Below are positions 50,106-61,293 of a DNA stretch of 64,000 nucleotides, piece by piece. The translations under genes were made by a program, and so were the position numbers. The notes beneath the pieces are model-generated. The model was not told the DNA's origin. It searched no databases and saw only the letters and a list, made by a program, of their open reading frames with translations. This DNA comes from an uncultured virus (IMG/VR IMGVR_UViG_2061766007_000689) (taxonomy: Duplodnaviria > Heunggongvirae > Uroviricota > Caudoviricetes). The DNA lies in IMG/VR virus record IMGVR_UViG_2061766007_000689; one strand, written 5' to 3'. Each line of letters starts with the position of its first letter. Position 1 is the first letter of the stretch.

Positions 50106-52304
50106 ATGGGAAGATCTAATAGAGTGGAAGGAAACATTAATAAGATGAGCAGGCTCATCGAAAGAGTGCGCGCTGCACAGGATGAGTTTGAGCAGCAGAT
50201 AGCGTCTGCGGATGCAGCAGTAGCAGCATATGACGATTATCTGAGAAAGCTTGAAGCTAAGCGTCAGAATGAATATAAGCAGGATACGGCTGATGCACGT
50301 GCATCAGGTAGGATTATACCGTTTGATGAGTGGCTTGAAAGCAAGGCTCCTCCTATGACGGAGGAAGAGTTTATTGCCAGACGTACTAAAAAGGTGGCAC
50401 AGCTGTCGGAAGCCATGAACCGTGCGCAGGCTATTGTAGGACGTAAGAAAGGCAGCCTTAAGAATATTACTAAGGCAGAGTATGTCAGGTTCCAGCATGA
50501 CCTTGCAACAATCAGGGACTGCAGTCGCTGGCTGAATGGTGAGGAAAAGGCTTTGGGCAAACGTCTGTATAGCTTTTTGAATGAAAGGGAAGGCTCTATC
50601 ACAGGTATGAGTGATACATATGATGAGGGTCGTGTACTTAATGCAAGTCCGTTCTCTGAGAAGTGGAATAAGATGTTTGAACGGTACAGACAGGGGCTTG
50701 ACGATGTTGACAAATACATTAAGGATAAAGCTGCAAAGAGTGTTACCACAAGTAACACGGTTGGTTTAGACAGGGGCAGTGGCTCATCTTCAAAGGACAG
50801 TAGTGTAGGCTCTATACCGGGTGTAGGTGACATTACAAGCATAGAGCGTGTAGGTTCATTGCGGTTGGGTGATGTACCTGAGGCAGAAGCTTATATCGTA
50901 AAGAGGAATCATCCTTCAAAGACTTACTATGTCACAAAGATTGATGAAGGTGACGGTACGCCGCATATTGAAGTGCATGAGCTCAGAAGAAATGGTTCTG
51001 ATGGCGGTACAGATGTGTACTCAAAGAACATGCAGGACATACGTGACCTGAAGCATGAACGGGCTGAGAAGCTTAAGGACCTGCGCAAGGCATATCAGAA
51101 GGCTAAGCGTAAGGATGATGTTGAGACAATGGCACAGATTGAAGGTGACATTAAGGAAGTCTCTGAGCCTTACAACAAGCAGATTGATGAGCTGTCCCGT
51201 GCAGCTTCTAAAACGCTTGGCGATAGTGCATACAGCTTGGGTGATATGGTAGGGTACTTTCCTACAGGTAATTTTGGCGGTGTATTCAGTGTAATTGAAT
51301 CTAACCCTCTGGGTGCGAATAACAAGTGGCTTTACAGGGAAAATGTAAGGCAGGCAGTGGAGAATGCACGTAAAAAGCAGCAGTACAGTAAGTATATCGG
51401 CATGAATGTAGATGATGTGGCTGCCAAGAATGATTACAAGCTTGAGAACTTCTTGGATGCGCTTGATGAGGCAGGATACGCTGTTGACAGCGGTACGCGG
51501 CTCATAGATACTAAGGATTCAGTAAAGAATCCTATGCTTGCAGGAAAGGCACGTAACAAGGATGTTCTCTTGGACAAGATTGCTGCAGGCGAGCAGACGC
51601 TTCTTGACAAGCCTCTGAGTACAACTGATAGGATGGACAGGGTAACGGATAAGACTGTGGCACCGAAGCAGTCAAGGCAGGTGGCTATGAAGGCTAAGGC
51701 AGACAGGCTTGACAGTGGGGCTGAGAAGTATGCTGCGAAGTTTAAGGACCAAGACTTTGTAGACTATATGAACAACCAGATAAACATGGCTAAGGTGCAG
51801 GATTTTACTGACGAGGATATAGCAGAGCTCAAGCCTGACTGGGAGCAGGCTTTTTATGACGGCGGTTTGTGGGAGCAGGAGTACAAGCCTAAGCATCTTA
51901 AGAACTACTATGACAGTGCCCGGGAAAGCTCACATGGTCGTGACAGCAGTAAGCCTAAGCCTGTGGAGCTTAACAAGCTTATACAGAGCAGCAAGGAAAA
52001 GGTTCAGGGTAGTAAGCGCAGTAAGTCTACGGCTGAGTCTACGGCTGAGTCTACAACTGAGTCTACAACTGCAGAGCTTGGTGACAAGCTGCTTAAGGAC
52101 ATGCCAAATGTGTCTTCAACAAAGACTGAGACCAAGGCTGACGGCAGCACTGTAACTAAGACTACGGTACAGCCTGAGAATAAGGTTGAGGAAAAGAAAC
52201 CTGAGAAGAAACCAGCTGAGAAGAAACCAGCTGAGAAGAAGGACACTGTCACACTTAACAGCAATGTAATTGGTGCGCTTAACAGGGCACCGGGGGCAGA
52301 CTGA
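50106..52304 (+). CDS. Large charged protein, possibly an internal head protein
   Basis: 732 aa; STAE/STTE and EKKPA repeats; lies between terL and the probable portal. Confidence 0.7.
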   Translation: MGRSNRVEGNINKMSRLIERVRAAQDEFEQQIASADAAVAAYDDYLRKLEAKRQNEYKQDTADARASGRIIPFDEWLESKAPPMTEEEFIARRTKKVAQLSEAMNRAQAIVGRKKGSLKNITKAEYVRFQHDLATIRDCSRWLNGEEKALGKRLYSFLNEREGSITGMSDTYDEGRVLNASPFSEKWNKMFERYRQGLDDVDKYIKDKAAKSVTTSNTVGLDRGSGSSSKDSSVGSIPGVGDITSIERVGSLRLGDVPEAEAYIVKRNHPSKTYYVTKIDEGDGTPHIEVHELRRNGSDGGTDVYSKNMQDIRDLKHERAEKLKDLRKAYQKAKRKDDVETMAQIEGDIKEVSEPYNKQIDELSRAASKTLGDSAYSLGDMVGYFPTGNFGGVFSVIESNPLGANNKWLYRENVRQAVENARKKQQYSKYIGMNVDDVAAKNDYKLENFLDALDEAGYAVDSGTRLIDTKDSVKNPMLAGKARNKDVLLDKIAAGEQTLLDKPLSTTDRMDRVTDKTVAPKQSRQVAMKAKADRLDSGAEKYAAKFKDQDFVDYMNNQINMAKVQDFTDEDIAELKPDWEQAFYDGGLWEQEYKPKHLKNYYDSARESSHGRDSSKPKPVELNKLIQSSKEKVQGSKRSKSTAESTAESTTESTTAELGDKLLKDMPNVSSTKTETKADGSTVTKTTVQPENKVEEKKPEKKPAEKKPAEKKDTVTLNSNVIGALNRAPGAD

Positions 52305-52639
52305 TGAGAAATAAAAAGGATATAAAGCATAAGGTGAAGCAGCCGAGTCTGCTCAGGCAGCTTCTGGCGATACACATGGAGCAGGCTAAGCGTCACAAGG
52401 CGCTGCGCCTGTTGTCACAGCAGGTGTGGTCGGTGGAGTTTTTGGAATACCTTGTGGAGCATGCCTCTAAGATGAATGGCAGGGAGATAAGTCTGCTTAT
52501 AGAGGATGCCGATGGTCGTAAGCTTACTATAAGGTCTTCGGGCAGGGCAAATCCGCTTGAGTACGATGACAACATATTCAACCATCTGGATGACCAGAAC
52601 GCTGTGAATGCGTTCATAGCACAGAACAGCAGGAGATAG
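52304..52639 (+). CDS. Hypothetical protein
   Basis: TGATG overlap with the upstream gene. Confidence 0.65.
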   Translation: MRNKKDIKHKVKQPSLLRQLLAIHMEQAKRHKALRLLSQQVWSVEFLEYLVEHASKMNGREISLLIEDADGRKLTIRSSGRANPLEYDDNIFNHLDDQNAVNAFIAQNSRR

Positions 52640-52641
52640 GC

Positions 52642-54312
52642 ATGCCTAGAGTACGTATAAATGGTTTGGAATATGTCTTCGACCCTGTGGAGCAGGTGAA
52701 CAGACCTACGCTGTATCCGGGCGAAGAGATTGATAACTGGGATGTGCCTAAGGAATATTCCAGTGTGTTCACTAGGCTGAACTTGATTATTGAGACGAAG
52801 TATTCTAAGGAATACCTCAAGATATGTGCGTTTTACAACAAGATGTTCCCAAGTCTTAACAGCAGTGACTATAACCGTGTATCGTATAATGCCTCGGCGT
52901 TTACAAGGATGGAGCAGGAGCATACTGATACGGGTACTGGTGTAAGTAACAACTATCTTAAGCAGATAGTTGACCAAGTGACATCACGGCTTGGAACGAT
53001 TAAGTTTGTACCATACCTGTTGTCCGAAGACCAGAACTATGAGTACATTGTGTACAAGGATGAGGTTGAGAGAATATTGCGCATGTACATTAACAAGGAC
53101 GGCTTTGCAGAGAAATGTACTGAGGTGTTCCATGATGCTGCCGTATTGTGTTATTCACATGCCTTCATTAACCCGTTCACTGACAGCCTTGTCAAGGCAA
53201 ATGACTATGAGATAGGTATCTTTGAGAGTCAGGCTAACAACGGTAAGGTACGTCAGATGCTTTACCGTAACTATGCGATGCCTGTAGTGGAAGTGTATCC
53301 GTACATAGAGCATATGTCGGAAGAACGGCAGAAGGAAATTGTTGACAGTGTTCAGGATATGACATCTGTAGACCTGTGCATGCTCTTTGACTGTACTGAG
53401 CATAAATGTGTGGTGTCTATCAACGGTAAGTTTCTTGACCCTGTGGATTATAATTTTGACGAAGTTCTTGTGGCATCTATGCGTTGGGACACAGGCTTTT
53501 GTGCCGCAACGTCGAGCTCGCTGTTTGACCTTCTCTACCCTCTGCAGAGGGAGATAAACAAGATATGTGCCAAGCAGCAGCAGCTTATACGTAACTACAA
53601 GGGCGCTACGCCTGTATTCAGTTCCGATGTAGAGCTTGCCGTGAAAGCTATAACTAATGGTTCGGGTGAGTGTCTGTTTGTTGACAACCAGCGTCCGATG
53701 GATACGCTGATGACCGTGATTAATCCTACTCCGCTTGACCCTGAGCTTTCAGGGGTAATAAGCGAGTATGAGTCTGCTATGTACAAGCTTGCAGGTATAC
53801 AGAACGCAAGCTTTGATATGAATAACATGCGCAGTGCTGCTGCAGTAGTTGCACTTGACCAGACACGTGACTCCGTGTTTCAGGCACAGCTTCAGGGTTT
53901 CTCAAGCTTCATTGCCAAGGCTCTGAAACTGTACATCAACTATAATGCGGTGACCAAGGGTGCGGACGGTGACAGGATGGACTGGACGGCTGTGAAGAAG
54001 CTTATTGATACAGCATACATAGACCTGAAGCCTGTGCATCTTAATGACCCTCTGTCTGACGAGGACAAGTCAAGGCAGGAGCCTATTGACTATATGCAGC
54101 TGTGTATAGCCAAGACCGTGCTCAGGGTAATTAAGGGCGAGATTACGTTTGATACGCTTCCATACTATGTTGACTGGAAGCAGGTGGCTATGATGCTTGC
54201 GGTGACTATGGTTAAACTGGAAGCTTTGGGAATAGAGGTGCCGGATGCGGTGCACAAGTTCCTTATGGCAGCTTTCGTTGAAAGTATTAAGATAGGTGAG
54301 GTTCAGATATGA
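52642..54312 (+). CDS. Probable portal protein
   Basis: 556 aa downstream of terL; NNYLKQIVDQVTSRL, LYPLQREINK and LAGI...MRSAAAV patterns resemble P22-like portals. Confidence 0.65.
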   Translation: MPRVRINGLEYVFDPVEQVNRPTLYPGEEIDNWDVPKEYSSVFTRLNLIIETKYSKEYLKICAFYNKMFPSLNSSDYNRVSYNASAFTRMEQEHTDTGTGVSNNYLKQIVDQVTSRLGTIKFVPYLLSEDQNYEYIVYKDEVERILRMYINKDGFAEKCTEVFHDAAVLCYSHAFINPFTDSLVKANDYEIGIFESQANNGKVRQMLYRNYAMPVVEVYPYIEHMSEERQKEIVDSVQDMTSVDLCMLFDCTEHKCVVSINGKFLDPVDYNFDEVLVASMRWDTGFCAATSSSLFDLLYPLQREINKICAKQQQLIRNYKGATPVFSSDVELAVKAITNGSGECLFVDNQRPMDTLMTVINPTPLDPELSGVISEYESAMYKLAGIQNASFDMNNMRSAAAVVALDQTRDSVFQAQLQGFSSFIAKALKLYINYNAVTKGADGDRMDWTAVKKLIDTAYIDLKPVHLNDPLSDEDKSRQEPIDYMQLCIAKTVLRVIKGEITFDTLPYYVDWKQVAMMLAVTMVKLEALGIEVPDAVHKFLMAAFVESIKIGEVQI

Positions 54313-54476
54313 CATATTTGGTAGCGGCTGTTGCAGGTGCTGTTATACTTGCTGTATTGATTTTGATAAAGCCGCGTTGTCCTAGATGTGGAGGAAAGTT
54401 GCATAGTACATTTTCTGACATGACTTTTGACAAGTTGGTGTATAAGTGCAGCAAGTGTGGTGAGGAGTATATTTAA
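54309..54476 (+). CDS. 55-aa TM plus Zn-ribbon protein (not in the ORF track)
   Basis: MTYLVAAVAGAVILAVLILIKPRCPRCGG...YKCSKCGEEYI; overlaps both neighbours (ATGA and TAATG). Confidence 0.75.
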   Translation: MTYLVAAVAGAVILAVLILIKPRCPRCGGKLHSTFSDMTFDKLVYKCSKCGEEYI

Positions 54477-57400
54477 TGGAAGGCGGTCAGAGATACGACA
54501 TCAATCTTTCCTCAGGGCTCAATGCAAGCTCAAATGACATGCTTGTGCCTGTAATGCAGGCTACGTTCCTGCATAACTGGCAGAAGTATCAGGGCAAGTA
54601 TGCTGCGAGCTCGCTGCGCTTTGAGCATAACGGCTGGGCTGCAGGGTGGGACGTGTTCACGCTTGAATATGATGACGTTGTGAAGGTACATGCAGTTGAC
54701 GTGCGTAAGCCTGACAAGGACTCTGTGATTGGTGTTCTTGACCCTGCCAAGGAGTACCAGCTTATCAAGCAGCAGTGGAACAGTACGGTTGAGGTTGAGA
54801 ACTACTGGTGGGTAGATGACACCCACATCCTTGAGCTTGGTACGGATAAGTTCATTCTGAAGCGCCGTGGAAGCGGCGTGGATGACTGGAACGGCGATGA
54901 ATGGGTAAAGATATATGAAGTACCGCGTACTGACATACTCAGGAACGCTAGGGATGTGCACACGTGTACGAATACATTTGATACGCCTCTTCCGGGCTTG
55001 TTCCTTGTGTTCGAGGAAACAACACGTAATACTGTCGTGTGCAGGGTGTACAGTGTGCTTGATGGCATGAAGCTTAGGGGCGAGGTGTCTTTTGTCATCC
55101 GCAGGCATGCTCTTGGAACGGTTCTCAACGATATGTCGCTGTCAGGCAGGACGGCGTATTTTAATACATACGCGGATATAACTGCAGGTCAGCTCATTAC
55201 TCAGGCTGAATGGTCGAATACGGTGACTGACGGCAGGCTTATGATAGGCTGCCATCTTGGAAAGAACTATGACCAGTGGACCGCGATGTTTGACTACAAC
55301 AGCCTTGCATGTCAGATGGTTGTGCAAGGTTACGGATACGTAGGCATCAATGGTGACCTTACTGGTGGCGAGATTCCTACAAAATATTTTGCTGCGGACA
55401 GAGGTTTTACTGGTAAGGTTGACTATATAACTAAGCTTGCAAAGGCTGTGGACAGGCATGCTGCGGATGACAGGTATAAGATTCAGAATGCTGCTGAGAT
55501 TGAGAATGTTACGGAGCAGATTGTAGGTACACATGAGCGTCAGTGGTATATCTCTAAGACAGTATCCGGTATAGTAAGTCATCTTACGTATTCAGGTGGA
55601 AGCTGGCATGTAGTCAATCTTCCCATAACGAACAACTATGATGCGATATATGATTCTCCGTCATACCAGATGTCACGTATGGGTGACGCATTTCCACACA
55701 TCTATTCACTTATGGATTTATTCTTGGATGACCCTCACGGTGCGGCTGCTATTGCAAGTAAAATTTTTGGCATTATATCAGCTGATTGGATTTTTATGCT
55801 TAGTCCTAGGTTCACTGAGCTTGTATATCTTCAGCAGACATTGGGACAGTATGCTTATGTGCATTATAACAGCAGTGAGGTCATGGAGAAGCCTGAGCCT
55901 GAAAGTACGGCTGATGACAATAGGATGGACAGCAAGCGTCTTGTTGACAAGACACCTGCTCCGACACTCAGGGATACGTATTCTTTTGATAAGCAGATTG
56001 TGGAGCAGGAAGGTTCTGCGAGCAATAATATCGCGCGTGGGGGTGTGTTCTTTGCGCTTATGCTTGCAGGGAGCAAGGGTCTTGCTCAGACTGCAGCGAA
56101 CTTGGACCTTAATGGTACGATAAATAAGAGTACGGTGTTTGATACTGGTAAGCAGTTTTGTCAGAATACGCTTGAGAATGTGGCGGAGCTTCTGCCTATG
56201 GCACTGTTCTCTAGGGGGCGTGACATAGCTCTTACAAGCCGTGTAGTAGGTATAAAGCTGCTTGATATGTTCTACTCGACTAGTGAGAGACAGGAGATAC
56301 AGGCAGGTCCGGGATTCGTTGAGCATCGCTTTGTTGCACAGTGTGTGGCACAGTCAAGTACCAGTTGTCAGACTGAGGGATTCACAGACCAGATGAGCTG
56401 CTGTCTCAAGGAGTTAAGTAAGGTAGCATTTACGCTTGAGCAGATGCTTGAGCAGAAGATGATTACATGGCTAACAGAAAGACAGAGTAAGCTTCTTGAG
56501 GAGACTACAGCAGTACCTACAAATGCTGAGTTTATTGCCTTAGCAGAAGCTCTTACAGCGACTATAGAGATGCTTAGAACTCTTATGGAGAAACAGGAAG
56601 CTGCATTTGGACTATTTACAAAGTTTCTTGATAACGTGGTATCGGATGGTGTCACCACTGAGCGTGCGAGCTCTGTTTCTAGGCATTCATTTGACAATGA
56701 GGGTACACACAGGTACGGTGAGAAGAGTGAGACGTTCATGTATCCGTGCTGGGGTGTACCTGCAGGTGGCGTAGGATACACTGACGAAAAGGTAGAGGCA
56801 GTGATTAAGGAATCAAGCTGGAGGCTTGAGCTGGATAACAGCCCTGTAAGGCATAATCCTATAGACATTATAAAGAGCTCTTTTATAAAGTTCAGGAGAC
56901 TGCTTACTACTCCGACGAGTATTTATGACGAAGGTAACGGTAATGTTCCTTTTTATACTGCTGCATGCCGTGGTAAGTCAGCTGAAGAAGACAGGGTACA
57001 CCTGCCTGCTGACATGGCTTTNNNNNNNNNNNNNNNNNNNNNNNNNNNNAGGCTTTTAAGAATGAAAACATAGGCGTATCAGACCCTGTATTCACTCCGT
57101 CACTTTTTCAGGACTACATTGTGGATAAGCGGTGGGAGCTTTCGCAGTGCTGCACATACGGCAGGGTGCAGTGGGTGACTGTGAAGGACACCAAGCTCAT
57201 TGACTGTCCTCCTTCAAACATGCGCATTAATGCAGGCTTCTGCGGCGTGGCTTGTTCATATATGGCTGCAGAAGTCAGGAGGGGCTTGAGCAAGAAATAC
57301 ATGAGACCGTGGGCTGTCACGCCGAACGTGCTCGCGTTTAACTGCACGGGCTACAACAGTGTCTACGAGCGCAGGCTGTACCACTCTTTTGACGGTATAT

Positions 57401-58863
57401 CTTACCGTCTTGTCGAGTGGACGGGTGCGCCGGGCATGAACAAGAATAAGCAGACATATTTGTACAGCTTCCAGATAAATGACCGCTTTAAGAGAAGCAA
57501 CAAGTGCCCTGCGAATGAGCTTATGGGCAATTTCAGCGGTGACCCTGTGCAGGCTGTGGAGACAGTTGACAAGCTGTTTACGCAGGTCACAGTCAGCGCG
57601 GATGAACGCGGTCTTGAGGCAGGTTTCGTCGGCGAGGATAAGGATTCTGTAAGATGGGCTGTACCAGTATTCACTGAGCAGGTGAATACCATGCCAGCGG
57701 CTTTGCGCACGCTTACGGCTATGCCGCTTGGCGTAGTTGAAGGTGTCACAAGCCTGTGCGTGGAGCTTGCAAACAACCAGTCAGAGTATAAGGCTCCGCT
57801 GTCAGTTGACTTTACCATAGGCAAGACAGTGTACAGGGCTACGGATGACTATATCTGTTCTGTGACAACAGAAAAAGGTATAGACGTGACCAATGACCTT
57901 GTGCCTGTAATAGGTCTCAAGTTCATAGGTTCAACGCCGACGGAGGCTTATTTCTATAGTAAGGCTACACGCTGCTATTACGTGTTCCAAGGCGGTACTG
58001 CCCTTACGAAGTTGGGCATGCTTGAGCGCTTCAGGGACATCCAGAAGGGCTACTGGGACTTCATCAATCAGGAAGTGGTGTTCCCTTGCCTTATGACCTT
58101 CAAGCGTCTGAATCCTGAGGTATCTGACAAGGATACTGAGACGGATAATGTGATTGTTCCGATGCTGTCACAGAACAATGTGTCAGGTGAGCTTCCGCCG
58201 CCTATCACGACAATCTTTAATGACCGTTCGTGGTACAAGGTTGTTTCCCTGCCGTCGGGTCTTGTATATCAGGGTCCTAACAGGGTAATCATTAACCGCG
58301 ACATCTTTGTCGAGTACATGCTTGACGGTATAAAGTATAATCTTGGTAAGTGGAAGAAGATGAACCGCAGCAGGTACACTGACAAGCGTGAATATCCTGA
58401 GGTGTATGAGTCAGTTACAAAGGATGTCGATGGCGTGGAGGGATGGACGCATAATCCGTTCCTGCTGGTGACCGCTCCGTTGGGCATGGCTGAGTACGTT
58501 GACTGTCTGTTCGAGTGGGAGATTATCTTCTGCTGGACACCTGAGATGGAGCTTATCTATGGCGTGGATAACTATGCTGTGGTCAATATCTGTGCAGACA
58601 CTATGGCGAATGGCGGACGGCTGACATCTGAGCCTGTGCATGTGTTCCTGACCAAGGAACTGTTTACTAATGCAGGTGCCTGTGGCTACTTCTCGTTCAG
58701 ATTCCAGAGTAAGAACGGTGCAGGTAACCGTGAGATGCTTAAGATATGGTCTGACCAGTACATAGGCGTGTCACAGCTCATATGTGAGGTTAAGCAGGTT
58801 ACCGAAAGGCGCAGCAGCCAGCTTACGCAGCAGCTTGATACGCAGCAGCTTGAGGAGCTATAA
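54476..58863 (+). CDS. Large virion or tail protein, probably one gene of about 1450 aa broken by a gap
   Basis: The 57121 frame is open back to the gap at 57050, and no stop or RBS is visible in the sequenced bases between the two halves. Confidence 0.6.
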
Positions 58864-58920
58864 TAATGTAACATTTACATGCGCCTGTTATAAGGTGCAT
58901 AGTTTACGGAAGGTTGTTTT

Positions 58921-61293
58921 ATGGCAGATAGATATGAAGATGCTAAGCAGGCATATGATGAAATAAACGAAATGTACAAGCGCAACAGGCTTGATGCTCA
59001 GGAAGCCCTCCGAAGGGGTGATGAGGGCACATACCGCCGTCTTATGGCTGAAGGCAAGGAACTTGAGAAGCAGCGCGATGCTGCACGCAGAGCGGTTACT
59101 GCCCCTGCAGGGTCAGCAAATGCTACAAGTGTACCTAAGACACAGTACAGGTCTGCAAACAGTGCAAGTGTACCTGAGACAAAGTATAGGTCTGCAAACA
59201 GTGCAAGTGTACCTGAGACAAAGTATAGGTCAGCTAATGATGTCAGTATGCCTGCTACAGAATATAAATCAGCAGACGGGCTTACTCCCGGCAACCGTAA
59301 GCAGGACGCTTCTGCCAGTTCTGCAGAAGCAGCGGCAAAGGCAGCAGCAGCTGCAGGAAACGTGGATGCTTCGCGTAGGGCAATGTCTCAGGCTGCTACA
59401 GCTGACAGATATAATCAGTATATAGCAGGTGAAAGGAATAAGGTTACTAAGCCTGCCCTGCAGGACGAAGCTGCAGCACGTGAAGCCGCAGCATCAGGCA
59501 ATGCGGCAAAGGCTTCATCAGCTGTCCGGCAGAGAGATGCAGCATCTGCTGTAGCAGACAGGTATGGGCAGTATGTAGCAGGTGAAAAAGCAAAAGCAGC
59601 AAATACAAATCCGCCTGCACCAACGCCATCAGGCACAGGTGCACAGACTACAGCAGGCACTTCACAGCCTGCAACTTCTGGCACGGACAGCACTTCTGGG
59701 CAGCCTGCACAGAGCAATTATTACACACAGTATTATGGACATGATATACATAAGAACGGTGCAATACCGTTTGCAGGTAAGCCGCCGGCAGAGGAACCTG
59801 ACAAGCCCGGCATAGGGCAGATGGTCAAGGGCGCTGTGAACAAGCTCGGCAGGGGCTTTTACGAGGCGCTTGCCAATGCTGACAGTGCGACGTTCAAGAG
59901 GGACATCAATGCCAAGCTGCGCGGTCAGATGACGGGTAACATTCCTGATGTACGTGCTGAGACAGCACAGCAGGCTGCAAGGCTCTATGAGAACGATGCT
60001 GCCAACAGGTACATGGAGGCTCAGCGCGAGCAGCAGGAAGGTGAGCGTAATCCTTTCCATGAAGCAGGCAAGATAGCTGAATCACAGCAGCATGCACAGA
60101 ATAAACAGCAGATTAACAATTCAGGTTTCGCAGGCGGCACGGCACAGGCTAGGCTCCGTACTACCGTTGCTCCTGACGTTCAGGCTCAGAAAGATTTCGG
60201 TGCTAGGGCAAGGCAGCTTGCATCACAGTACCGTGAAAAGGGTGATATGCGCACACGCGATGCCAACGAGGAGTATGGTGAGTCTAAGGAATGGCGCGTC
60301 CACTCTAGGGACTATAATAATGACCTCGATGAGTCTGCACGTCTCTCTAAGGGAGAAGGTGAGAACACTGAGGGGGAGGATAAGAAGCCTGCTGCAAATA
60401 CAGATACATCTCAGCCAGCGGCAGAGACTCAGCCAGCTGCGGAACAGCCTGCAGAACAGACTGCAGAAGAAGCTTCAGGCGGTCTGCAGAACGTAGTAAA
60501 CGCTGTATTAGGCAGTAACGTGCGCCGTGTGAAATGTGAGAATGGTGCTGGTGCTGCCTACAGAATACAGCCTGACGGCAGCTTTGTACGTGACCCTAAG
60601 AACGACGTAGGTCAGGTGCCTGATAATCCGCCGCCGTATACTGCTGAGATGGAACAGGCTGTGCAGCAGCTTACTAAGTCTGAGAAATACGGCAGAAGAC
60701 CCGGCGAGACTGACGAACAGTACAAGAGCCGTGTAAACGGTGAAATGGGTCGTGGAGGCAACTTGGGTACACAGGCTTTTGCACAGAACTACGGTAACAC
60801 AGTACAGTCTGATAGCCGTATGAAGAATATACAGGGTGATGTTTCGACGGTCATGTCTGACCTGCGTATGAAGTTCATTAAGGAAGACTATGACCGCTAC
60901 GGCGAGCTTTCACCTGAGGACGTGAAGTTTATTCTCAGCCGCATGGGGAAGAAGTTCTCTCATAATGGCAGGGACTATGATATTGATGATGAGGACGAGT
61001 GGGGTGATGACAGTGATACTGTGCTTGACGGCTATGCGGAGAACATAAGGAATTATGTCTATAACTACAAGCCTGAAGCGCAGGCTATCGACAGCAGCAT
61101 TGACCCCAATCAGGAACATATAGGACCTATGGCGCAGGACATTGAAAAAGTGAACCCTGCATGTATTATCGAGACACCTGAGGGTGTCAAGACAGTTGAT
61201 ACTGGTCGCCTTGCAATGATGAATGCAGGTGCTATAGGTGACCTTGCGCGTAAGTTTGATGAGTTGGAGGCTCTTGTAAAGAATGGCAGATAA
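58921..61293 (+). CDS. Low-complexity virion or ejection protein with a C-terminal Peptidase S74 (intramolecular chaperone) domain
   Basis: SDSRMKNI and SDLRMK, then YNYK, HIGPMAQDIEKVNP..I, VD and a terminal coiled coil. Confidence 0.8.
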   Translation: MADRYEDAKQAYDEINEMYKRNRLDAQEALRRGDEGTYRRLMAEGKELEKQRDAARRAVTAPAGSANATSVPKTQYRSANSASVPETKYRSANSASVPETKYRSANDVSMPATEYKSADGLTPGNRKQDASASSAEAAAKAAAAAGNVDASRRAMSQAATADRYNQYIAGERNKVTKPALQDEAAAREAAASGNAAKASSAVRQRDAASAVADRYGQYVAGEKAKAANTNPPAPTPSGTGAQTTAGTSQPATSGTDSTSGQPAQSNYYTQYYGHDIHKNGAIPFAGKPPAEEPDKPGIGQMVKGAVNKLGRGFYEALANADSATFKRDINAKLRGQMTGNIPDVRAETAQQAARLYENDAANRYMEAQREQQEGERNPFHEAGKIAESQQHAQNKQQINNSGFAGGTAQARLRTTVAPDVQAQKDFGARARQLASQYREKGDMRTRDANEEYGESKEWRVHSRDYNNDLDESARLSKGEGENTEGEDKKPAANTDTSQPAAETQPAAEQPAEQTAEEASGGLQNVVNAVLGSNVRRVKCENGAGAAYRIQPDGSFVRDPKNDVGQVPDNPPPYTAEMEQAVQQLTKSEKYGRRPGETDEQYKSRVNGEMGRGGNLGTQAFAQNYGNTVQSDSRMKNIQGDVSTVMSDLRMKFIKEDYDRYGELSPEDVKFILSRMGKKFSHNGRDYDIDDEDEWGDDSDTVLDGYAENIRNYVYNYKPEAQAIDSSIDPNQEHIGPMAQDIEKVNPACIIETPEGVKTVDTGRLAMMNAGAIGDLARKFDELEALVKNGR
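59113..59277 (+). repeat. 39-bp coding tandem repeat, about 4 copies (SANSASVPETKYR)
   Basis: TCTGCAAACAGTGCAAGTGTACCTGAGACAAAGTATAGG is repeated. Confidence 0.85.

Noticed and set aside
57022..57121. Two separate tail genes or a programmed frameshift
   Set aside because: The break lies in an N gap and the downstream frame is open up to the gap.
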